Source: an uncultured Gammaproteobacteria bacterium (GTDB lineage: Bacteria > Patescibacteriota > Microgenomatia > UBA1406 > HO2-37-13b). From it: 64,000 bases of DNA. A program made the translations under genes and the position numbers. How positions within the stretch are numbered: position 1 is the first letter of the stretch; each line of letters begins with the position of its first letter. The notes under the pieces were generated by a model. The model did not search any database and had not been told where the DNA came from. It saw nothing but the letters and a program-made list of their open reading frames with translations. Shown here piece after piece: positions 8,909-16,945 of the stretch. The stretch is taken from contig CAYQYZ010000001.1 of assembly GCA_964422025.1 (NCBI GenBank), positions 184,200-248,199 of the forward strand, read 5' to 3'.

Positions 8909-9511
8909 ATGGCTAAAGGGAGCAGGCAATTAAAAGTAACGTTCTTAATTATCCCACTGTTTATCGTTTTTATAGCAGCGGTTTTCTGCTCATTTTTATT
9001 CGGCATTCATTGGCAGGAAACTTTAGGAATGAAAAAACTTAATGATAACTCCATCGAGAAATTATTATGCTTTGGAGATAATAACTTTACCGAAACATTT
9101 CAATATAACTGCTATTCCCCTATAACAACTCCATTTAAAGGTTTCACTTCACATTTAGAATGTCGTGTCCTTACCAATCTTCAAATGAATTCACAATCAT
9201 CTAAATATAATGAACTAATGACAATTAAAGCTGACTATATAAAATTTTCTTTGAATTTTAGCAAAAACATGACCCTTATTGAGCAATCACTCCAGCCTGG
9301 AGAACCCGTAAAAGAACTTTATAAAATTGTTGAAAATAACGAAAATATAATTCATGGAATTAGAAATACAAGGCTAGATGATTTTCACGCTGAAGAGTAT
9401 GAATTTATCACACTTTCGAAGAAGACTGGCAAAGGAATGGTTTCTTGGATATATAGTCAAGATAATTTGAATAGTGATAATATTGCTTTAGAATTTTTTC
9501 AATGTAACTAG
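8909..9511 (+). CDS. Hypothetical membrane-anchored protein
   Basis: N-terminal TM segment; TATAAT 6 nt upstream of ATG. Confidence 0.65.
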   Translation: MAKGSRQLKVTFLIIPLFIVFIAAVFCSFLFGIHWQETLGMKKLNDNSIEKLLCFGDNNFTETFQYNCYSPITTPFKGFTSHLECRVLTNLQMNSQSSKYNELMTIKADYIKFSLNFSKNMTLIEQSLQPGEPVKELYKIVENNENIIHGIRNTRLDDFHAEEYEFITLSKKTGKGMVSWIYSQDNLNSDNIALEFFQCN

Positions 9512-9584
9512 ATTTAAACTATTTGGGATCGAAATATCTATCCGGTCACCCGTGACAACCTTCTTAGAATATTCCTCCATCACA

Positions 9585-10163
9585 TTAGAGCACAAGTATA
9601 TACAGATGAGAAAGTAGGTAAAGAATCGAATCTAGTGCAACTGAAATTTGAGTATCTCGCTCAGGCACCAAGCCCATGGGTGATATAAAATATCTGTTTG
9701 TTTCTGAAACTGTTTGTACTACGATGTACCAATTTTCACTCTCTTTAGCTATAAAGGAACGAACAAATTTGCCACTTACTTGGGGAATTTTGAATCCATG
9801 TGTTTTTCCTTCATGTACAAGATTGTCTGTGCAAAATGAAGGATTATTGCCCACCGAAGAAACATACATTGTCGATATAAACACACAACCAGATGGAGTA
9901 ACTACATCATCGATTCTGTCATGATCCATATCTACTCGCACAACATGGGGTAAATTCCAATCTGATATCGAATAAATTTTACTGTATCTATGGAATACAG
10001 AAAATTGATCAAATGTTGGTACTATAAATGTAAGAATATTAGAGCAAAAAACAACAATAGCAGTAATTAAAAAGATCGAAAGCAATATGTAAATGCCAGG
10101 GTACTTCTTAACAAGAGCTTTTTTGAAAATCTTTTTATAATTCATTTCAGATAAGTTTATCAT
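9585..10163 (-). CDS. Hypothetical membrane protein
   Basis: N- and C-terminal hydrophobic segments; DMDHDRIDD Ca-loop-like motif. Confidence 0.6.
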   Translation of the reverse strand: MINLSEMNYKKIFKKALVKKYPGIYILLSIFLITAIVVFCSNILTFIVPTFDQFSVFHRYSKIYSISDWNLPHVVRVDMDHDRIDDVVTPSGCVFISTMYVSSVGNNPSFCTDNLVHEGKTHGFKIPQVSGKFVRSFIAKESENWYIVVQTVSETNRYFISPMGLVPERDTQISVALDSILYLLSHLYILVL

Positions 10164-10288
10164 ATTGCTATATGGGGTATTTGTGTTCTGAATTCGTCCG
10201 CCCAGTCACCCCGCATGTTTTTAACCCTGTCTTTCTTGAATCCTGCGCAAATTAGGCCAATGAGCCATGTGTGCTGTATAATCTCTCA

Positions 10289-10786
10289 ATGTCAGAAAGA
10301 GAACACACAGTATTAAAAGTAACGTCAAGAGTATTTCGTGAGGAAATTTCTGCTGCAGGAATTGTTCCATTTATTGAAGATCTCGTTGCAGAAGAACGTG
10401 GTTTTCCAATATATCAAAGATTGCATGAACAACTCGATGAAGATGGGTTTCCAATAATTCCAAATCCACTTCTAACATACTGCGGTTCTGGCACATTACC
10501 TCTACTTGCACATCCAATCAGTGACGTAGGAGCCATAGCTGTAGTAATTGGGGATAAAAAGTTAGTATTTGATCCTAAGGGGCCTCCTCCGCATGATTTG
10601 AGAGACAATTACCTTTGGTCCTTTTCCCCATATGACTATTACATAGATCCAAATCAGAGAGAATTATTAAAGCTATTCAAAAAAGCTGGCTACTCATTGT
10701 GGGAATCAACAGATTCATGGCAATTTGGTATGGCTGTTTTTCACGGTCAAGATTTCGCTTTAGGCCCTCGATTAGATAACTTGTGA
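10289..10786 (+). CDS. Hypothetical protein
   Basis: ORF with TATAAT (10277-10282) 6 nt before ATG 10289. Confidence 0.6.
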   Translation: MSEREHTVLKVTSRVFREEISAAGIVPFIEDLVAEERGFPIYQRLHEQLDEDGFPIIPNPLLTYCGSGTLPLLAHPISDVGAIAVVIGDKKLVFDPKGPPPHDLRDNYLWSFSPYDYYIDPNQRELLKLFKKAGYSLWESTDSWQFGMAVFHGQDFALGPRLDNL

Positions 10787-10826
10787 AAAAATTTGACAAC
10801 TTAATCCATCCGCCCAGCACTTCACA

Positions 10827-11390
10827 TCACACCCTCAACAATCCCCTAAATCCTCGGGAAGCATAGTATGATTCTGCACCGTTATGATAAACGAACACAG
10901 TATCGTATCGACGATCTGCAAAACAGGCGCCTCCTAGTTTTCTAATTGATTCAGGAGTTTTAATCCAGCTAGAAGTTTTGGTATCAAATTCTCCTAATTT
11001 CTGCAGTGCGCGATATGCTTCTTCGGTTAACAATTCAATTCCCATTTCTTGAACAACCGTTACTGCAGAACCTGATGGCTTAAACTCTTTTCGCAAAGCC
11101 AAAGCGTCATTGTCATAACATAAACTTCTTCGCAGGGCAGGGGACTGTTCACTACAATCACAGAATAAATATTCATTCGACTGAGCATTAAAACCAATAA
11201 CATCCGGCTCACCACCGGTTCGTTCCATTTCGTTTAATGACCATAGTTTTCCAGAATTTTTCTCTAATTTTGCTCTCACGTTGCTCCAAACAAGCCCCTC
11301 ATGCCGAACCATGTTTTTCTCAAATCGAGTTTCCAATGTTGTAAGTAATTCATTGATTTGTTCGATTGCTAATTCCTTTTTTTGTTCCAT
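10827..11390 (-). CDS. DUF4256-family protein
   Basis: RFEKNM.RH..MERTGGEPDV..RRSLCYD..FDTKTSSW..HNGAESYY..RGFRG. Confidence 0.85.
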   Translation of the reverse strand: MEQKKELAIEQINELLTTLETRFEKNMVRHEGLVWSNVRAKLEKNSGKLWSLNEMERTGGEPDVIGFNAQSNEYLFCDCSEQSPALRRSLCYDNDALALRKEFKPSGSAVTVVQEMGIELLTEEAYRALQKLGEFDTKTSSWIKTPESIRKLGGACFADRRYDTVFVYHNGAESYYASRGFRGLLRV

Positions 11391-11420
11391 ACTAAAGTAT
11401 AGCAAATTACACATACATCC

Positions 11421-11723
11421 CTACGTTTTGATGGTCAAAAACACTTTTATATTTTTGCCTACTACTATAGCTTCTGCGCGTCGCACAGACACTTTTATAG
11501 GGAGTAAATAAGTCGCGGTTTTTGAATCGGGGAATATCGATGTATCCCACGTTGTTTTTCCTATGATTACCCGAACACGTAGCGATCCCCAACCTCGTTT
11601 CAGATCACCAAATCCATTCGTAATCTTTTCTGCAGTATTTTGAGGAACTGAAACAAAATACCAACTCGCCTTTCCAGGATACATCCACACTTTTTCATAC
11701 AAAACAAATTCTGTGTGTTTCAT
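11421..11723 (-). CDS. DUF1905-family protein
   Basis: W.YPG..W.F..RGWGS..V..W.TSIFP..YLLP.K..VR. Confidence 0.85.
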   Translation of the reverse strand: MKHTEFVLYEKVWMYPGKASWYFVSVPQNTAEKITNGFGDLKRGWGSLRVRVIIGKTTWDTSIFPDSKTATYLLPIKVSVRRAEAIVVGKNIKVFLTIKT

Positions 11724-11812
11724 AACGTAAACTATATATCAATAATTTGCTGTACAGTGATAAATTAATCTGCTTGCATTCAGCAATTTTAACAATATAT
11801 ACTAAGTCAACT

Positions 11813-13054
11813 ATGTTAACGTATCTAGCATTCGAAATAATTGCGTCATTAATCGCTATTATATCAATCGGAGCCCTTATGTGGGAATTTCTGAAGAATA
11901 GTCATGCAACAAAGGTAATCACTTCAAAACGAGTAATACTATTACTTACAGTACTTGGACTTTCTATAAGTGTAGGATTCTTTGCTCATAAAACATATCC
12001 TCCAGCATTTGCAATGCCGCCATTTGACCATTCTCATGCTCCTGGGGAATTACCCGCATCGATTCCACTTAGCGGCATTTATAACTTTTTTAAATATCAA
12101 CATGCATTCGAAAAAGTTACCACCATTGGGGCAGATCCAAACAGCGTTCCTAAAACACCCCAAAAACCTGATTCAGATGGAATAATAAGAATTAATTTGA
12201 TTGCACAAGAAGTTATCTCGCAAATCGCGCCCGATATTTATTTTAATTACTGGACGTACAACAGGCAAGTTCCCGGACCTATGCTTCGTATAAAAGAAGG
12301 GGATACGGTGGAAATTTCTTTAACAAACCATCCATCGAGCTTGCATGATCATAACATCGATCTGCACGCAGTTACCGGCCCTGGTGGCGGCGCAAGTTTA
12401 ACCCACGTTAAACCTGGTCAAACAAAAACGTTCCAATTTAAGGCTTTAAATCCGGGATTATATGTGTATCATTGTGCCATGCCTAATGTATCTACACATA
12501 ATTCTCACGGGCAATATGGACTTATTCTTGTAGATCCCAAAAAGCCACTCGCAAAAGTAGATAGAGAATTTTATATTATGCAAGGAGAGCTTTATACAAT
12601 GGGTCAATTAGGAAAAAAAGGGCTCGTTCCATTTGATTCCAAAGCACTTCTTGATGGAAGACCAAATTATATTACATTTAACGGCATGATCGAACGTGCA
12701 CCTCGCATGGAGGCGCGTGTCGGCGATCGAATTCGCATGTACGTTGGCAATGGGGGAGTTAATCTTATTTCTTCATTTCACATAATTGGCGAAATTTTTG
12801 ACACCGTATATCCTGAAGCAAATATTGGGGGAACTATTGAAAAAAACGTTCAAACAACCGCTGTATTAGCCGGAGGAGCAACTATCGTAGACTTTACTGT
12901 TGATGTACCCGGTAAATACCTTTTAGTTGATCATGCGCTCGCCCGTATGAACAAGGGGGCATGGGCAATGCTTACGGTTACCGGACCAAAAAATGAACAT
13001 ATTTTTAAAGAAATCCCATCGGAGAACCAAGAAATGCCTAACACAATGCACTAA
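11813..13054 (+). CDS. nirK: Copper-containing nitrite reductase with N-terminal TM anchor
   Basis: VPGP.LR, HNIDLHAV, YHCA..H, SSFHIIG, YLLVDH cupredoxin/NirK motifs. Confidence 0.92.
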   Translation: MLTYLAFEIIASLIAIISIGALMWEFLKNSHATKVITSKRVILLLTVLGLSISVGFFAHKTYPPAFAMPPFDHSHAPGELPASIPLSGIYNFFKYQHAFEKVTTIGADPNSVPKTPQKPDSDGIIRINLIAQEVISQIAPDIYFNYWTYNRQVPGPMLRIKEGDTVEISLTNHPSSLHDHNIDLHAVTGPGGGASLTHVKPGQTKTFQFKALNPGLYVYHCAMPNVSTHNSHGQYGLILVDPKKPLAKVDREFYIMQGELYTMGQLGKKGLVPFDSKALLDGRPNYITFNGMIERAPRMEARVGDRIRMYVGNGGVNLISSFHIIGEIFDTVYPEANIGGTIEKNVQTTAVLAGGATIVDFTVDVPGKYLLVDHALARMNKGAWAMLTVTGPKNEHIFKEIPSENQEMPNTMH

Positions 13055-13059
13055 GTCAT

Positions 13060-13677
13060 ATGTCTCGAACTACCACATTTTACCTCGTCCGTCATGGACA
13101 AAGTGTTTGGAATACTAAAGAATTAGTTCAAGGACATAATCAATCAGAAGAGAATACATTAACAGAAAAAGGGATTGCTCAAGCCGGAAACATTTCTAAA
13201 ATTTTCAAAGATGTTCATTTTGACGCAGTTTATTCATCGGACTTACTTCGTGCTAAAAAGACCGCAGAAATTGTTGCTCTAGAAAGAGAATTAGCTGTAG
13301 AAGCATCTCATAGACTACGAGAACAAAGTCATGGAGAACATGAGGGAATGCTATCAAAAGACTTTCTGGCATTATTTACTGAATGGGAAAATTTAAGCAA
13401 CGAGCAACGAATGGATTACAAAATCTCTGATTCTGCAGAAACTCCAAATGAGGCGATCACTCGATTTATGCTTTTCTTACAAGAACTTGCAATTACATAT
13501 ACAGACAAGACAATACTGGTAATTACTCACGGCACCATATTAAGAAATCTATTGATTAAATTAAATATAGAAACGTATGATTCTATTCGAAAATTTGAAA
13601 ATACTGGGTATATTAAATTGCTTGTGCAGGATGCCGACTTTATTATTAATGAAGTAGTGGGTGCAATAAGAGAATGA
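13060..13677 (+). CDS. Histidine phosphatase family protein
   Basis: LVRHG, SSDL.RA..TA, THG. Confidence 0.9.
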   Translation: MSRTTTFYLVRHGQSVWNTKELVQGHNQSEENTLTEKGIAQAGNISKIFKDVHFDAVYSSDLLRAKKTAEIVALERELAVEASHRLREQSHGEHEGMLSKDFLALFTEWENLSNEQRMDYKISDSAETPNEAITRFMLFLQELAITYTDKTILVITHGTILRNLLIKLNIETYDSIRKFENTGYIKLLVQDADFIINEVVGAIRE

Positions 13678-13685
13678 AGAGGTAA

Positions 13686-14312
13686 CTAGATTCTATTTTT
13701 ATTTAGCACATTCATTAGTTCTCTGGAAGACTCATTAGGAGTCTGTGAATCATACGCAAACGTTTGCCATCCAAAATCTTGAGCTGCTTGTAAATGCTCC
13801 AGACTATTTTCTATAAATAAAATTTCTTCATTTTTAACTCCTGATACTTGTTGAGCAATTTCATACAATCTCTTGTCAGGTTTTTGAAATCCAATCTCAC
13901 TTGAATCAAGAATTATTTCCCATTTTTCCTTTGGGGGGATTAATTTCTGTTCAAATAATGTTGAAAGCATTCGCGGATACATGTTCGTCAAAAGTCCAAT
14001 TCGATACTTTTTTGCAACAGCATCGACCACCGGCCAAATTGACGTGTTAACCGTAAATCTTTTTATAAAACTATTGAGCAATGAATAGTTCTCAGGTAAA
14101 TCAAGTCCCACCTCGGATCTAAATAGAGGAACCAGTGAATCTACATCACAATCAAGACACACTTTATTTTTATATCGACTCCACACATGTTCCCATGCCG
14201 CATTGTTGTCTTCATTCACGCCCATTTCTTTTTTCAATTCTTCCCATTTATTTGTACCTGAAAAATCGAGCATCGCAACTCCACCGACGTCAAAATATAT
14301 AAATGAGATCAT
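13686..14312 (-). CDS. HAD-superfamily hydrolase
   Basis: FDVGGV, LTN, KPD..Y motifs. Confidence 0.85.
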   Translation of the reverse strand: MISFIYFDVGGVAMLDFSGTNKWEELKKEMGVNEDNNAAWEHVWSRYKNKVCLDCDVDSLVPLFRSEVGLDLPENYSLLNSFIKRFTVNTSIWPVVDAVAKKYRIGLLTNMYPRMLSTLFEQKLIPPKEKWEIILDSSEIGFQKPDKRLYEIAQQVSGVKNEEILFIENSLEHLQAAQDFGWQTFAYDSQTPNESSRELMNVLNKNRI

Positions 14313-14358
14313 TGATAGATTATAACAAAGCTATTTGGTTATCTGATATACTCCATAC

Positions 14359-15252
14359 ATGGATCAACTGAATACTTTTGAGGATCGTAAGAATGACCGT
14401 TTGGACACAAAAGATAAACTTGAAACTGTTGTATCACAAGGCACTTCAATTATTGCAGGTTCAAATCTTGTAATTGAGGATACACCTATTGGTGAACATG
14501 AAGTGGAAATTATGAGATCTTTGATTAATGTTACATTTCCATCTTCATCCGATGAAGACGTCAAATCAAAAACGCACCTTGCACTCGCCGGAAGATTTGC
14601 TCACAAATTTGGAGATGCACTTAAAGCAACAGGCAATCCGGCCTACGCTGATCTAAATAGCGATCTACTTGAAATTGCTGCACTCGGACATGATCTTGGC
14701 CGGAGCATAACTCACCGCGCACTTCGACATGATATTGCCGGAGACATGGTTTTAACTCAATTAGGAATGAGAAAAGATATTGTTGCTGCTATGCCATCGG
14801 CTCTTGCTCACACAAAAATTACCCGGCGTTTTTTACATGAATTTCGATCACATCATCCCAACGCATCACCAGAGGAATTACAAAGAGCTTTGAAAAGTTT
14901 GGCACAGCAAACACTCGTTGACTCTTCAATTGAAGAGCGTATAGTGCTTATTTCAGATATTTGTGGGAAGCCTGGAGATGGATTGAAAGGTATTCGAACC
15001 TTTGAAGGAGTAATGGACTATCATCGTACTACACGGGGTAACTACGAGAAGGCTTCAGGTAGAAAAATTTTATTTCCATCTGATCGCCATATTGATCCTG
15101 ATGTGATTGATTTTACTGAACATTTATATCGACTCCACAAAGATTGGCTAGCTAGTGAAGGAGTGGATGTTGAAGAAATTAGAAAAGGTATTCTGGAGGA
15201 TGAAGAAAAAGTCCACAAATCTATTCAATCCAACCCAGATAATAGTATATAA
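14359..15252 (+). CDS. HD-domain hydrolase
   Basis: H..(A)ALGHDLGR..H..EER.V..SD pattern. Confidence 0.7.
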   Translation: MDQLNTFEDRKNDRLDTKDKLETVVSQGTSIIAGSNLVIEDTPIGEHEVEIMRSLINVTFPSSSDEDVKSKTHLALAGRFAHKFGDALKATGNPAYADLNSDLLEIAALGHDLGRSITHRALRHDIAGDMVLTQLGMRKDIVAAMPSALAHTKITRRFLHEFRSHHPNASPEELQRALKSLAQQTLVDSSIEERIVLISDICGKPGDGLKGIRTFEGVMDYHRTTRGNYEKASGRKILFPSDRHIDPDVIDFTEHLYRLHKDWLASEGVDVEEIRKGILEDEEKVHKSIQSNPDNSI

Positions 15253-15289
15253 ATTTGACAATCCCCACACACTTCCGTAAGATTAATAT

Positions 15290-15892
15290 ATGCGTATACC
15301 ACGTCCGGTACTTTTAATTTCCAGCTTCTTTCTTATTGTCATAATCAATATGGTACTGGTTATAAAATATTACAGTGGATTCACGATTCATGCGCACCGA
15401 CAGAATATTCTTACTGAAATTGATTCTATTGCTCAAAATCCCAATAAGCAATTCACGCTCTCAGCGGCTCCGCTCGTGCTAGGAGCAATAAGCGATGAAG
15501 TAACCGTGGCTGATGGCCGAGCAGCTAATTTGCGCAATTTTTTTCGAAAATATAACTCACCGCTGTACGACTATGCAGATGTTCTTGTAGAGGTCCAGGA
15601 CAAGTATGGTATCGATTACAGAGTATTACCTGCCATCGCTATGCAAGAGTCTCAAGGTTGTGTAAGAATCCCTCCGGGAAGCCATAACTGCTGGGGATGG
15701 GGGATCTATGGCGATAAGGTTACGATGTTCTCATCGTACCCCGAAGCTATTGAAACAGTAGCCGCTGGATTAAAAAAGAACTATGTCGATAAAGGGCTTT
15801 ACACTGCAAGTGCTATTATGGAACGCTATACCCCTAGTTCACCGGGAACCTGGGCGCATGCAGTGAATTATTTCTTAAAAGCACTTGAATAA
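15290..15892 (+). CDS. Membrane-anchored lysozyme-like / glucosaminidase-domain protein
   Basis: YNSPL..AIAMQES..NCWGWG..YT..W. Confidence 0.75.
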   Translation: MRIPRPVLLISSFFLIVIINMVLVIKYYSGFTIHAHRQNILTEIDSIAQNPNKQFTLSAAPLVLGAISDEVTVADGRAANLRNFFRKYNSPLYDYADVLVEVQDKYGIDYRVLPAIAMQESQGCVRIPPGSHNCWGWGIYGDKVTMFSSYPEAIETVAAGLKKNYVDKGLYTASAIMERYTPSSPGTWAHAVNYFLKALE

Positions 15893-15932
15893 AACTATTG
15901 AACAGACCGGAAATGTGGAGTAAAAATACTAC

Positions 15933-15960
15933 TTGACATTTCTATAGGACGTGGTATACT
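15933..15960 (+). promoter_or_regulatory. Sigma70 promoter
   Basis: TTGACA-16 nt-TATACT with extended TG. Confidence 0.7.
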
Positions 15961-15966
15961 TTATAC

Positions 15967-16018
15967 AGATCCTAGGGTTTGTCGATAGCTTTACCGACAT
16001 GCTCTGGGATCTTTTTTT
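15967..16018 (+). ncRNA. Candidate small RNA or terminating 5' leader (hairpin plus U-tract)
   Basis: AGATCCTAGGG/CTCTGGGATCT and TGTCG/CGACA stems followed by a T-run, starting at the predicted +1. Confidence 0.45.
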
Positions 16019-16058
16019 GTAGTAAAGAATATCCTATAGCATAGAGGTTGTAATTACT

Positions 16059-16604
16059 ATGAAACGACGTGTTTTAGCCACAATTTTACTGCTGTTTACG
16101 CTCAATTTGAGCTCTCCTGTATTTGCCAATGGAACCACTTCAGAGCCTTCTGCAAGCATTATTTTACCCGGTTCAGAAACCAGTAAATCTCAGGAATATT
16201 TGTTAAAACAACGGGTTATTGAAAAAGTATTAACTCGCTATAATTCTCAGTTAGTTGGGGAAGCTGATACGTTTGTAAAATACGCGTATGAATACAATAT
16301 TGACCCCTATTTATTAATCTCGATTTCAGGGCTTGAAAGCTTTTTTGGTCGCCATATGATTCCCGGCAATTACAACGCATGGGGATGGGGTGGGGGGTAT
16401 ATTGGGTTACAAAGCTGGGATCATGCGATTTATACGATAAGTAAGGCACTGCGCGAGAATTATTACGATAAAGGAGCCCAAGACATTCACGACGTTGGTC
16501 GCAAATACGCCGAATCTCCTACTTGGTCAGTCCGTGTACAATATTTCATGGATCAATTCTATAAAGAAGAAGCTAAAATGAAAAAGCTTGATAGACTGTT
16601 ATAA
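16059..16604 (+). CDS. Secreted lysozyme-like / glucosaminidase-domain protein (paralogue of 15290..15892)
   Basis: Signal peptide; YNS.L..ISGLES.FG..NAWGWG..YA..W. Confidence 0.75.
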   Translation: MKRRVLATILLLFTLNLSSPVFANGTTSEPSASIILPGSETSKSQEYLLKQRVIEKVLTRYNSQLVGEADTFVKYAYEYNIDPYLLISISGLESFFGRHMIPGNYNAWGWGGGYIGLQSWDHAIYTISKALRENYYDKGAQDIHDVGRKYAESPTWSVRVQYFMDQFYKEEAKMKKLDRLL

Positions 16605-16614
16605 TATACTTCTT

Positions 16615-16657
16615 GCTCGGGTGGTGATCCGCCAGCTGGCGGATGGTATACACGCAG
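16615..16657 (+). pseudogene. Duplicated 5' fragment of tRNA-Leu interrupted by an 18-bp palindrome
   Basis: GCTCGGGTGGTG[ATCCGCCAGCTGGCGGAT]GGTATACACGCAG, identical to the tRNA at 16678 except for the D-loop insert. Confidence 0.8.
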
Positions 16658-16677
16658 AGTATAAGGAACAATTGTTT

Positions 16678-16764
16678 GCTCGGGTGGTGAAATTGGTATA
16701 CACGCAGGTTTTAGGAACCTGTGCCTTAAACGGCGTGGAGGTTCAAGTCCTCTCCCGAGCACCA
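16678..16764 (+). tRNA. tRNA-Leu(TAG)
   Basis: Cloverleaf GCTCGGG/CCCGAGC, anticodon arm CAGGT-TTTAGGA-ACCTG, long variable arm, GTTCAA, encoded CCA. Confidence 0.95.
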
Positions 16765-16945
16765 TAGACAGACCTTTTGCCGAACATTTCACTTCCACTA
16801 CTTCCAAGCCTACTTTAGGCCTATTCGAGATATTAATTTTAAAAATATTGATACGTTTTAATAAAGTAAATACTCAGTTATGATGAAAAGGCATAAAATC
16901 GAATTATTTTTGAAGTTAATTGCATGTTACAATGATCTGAATATA

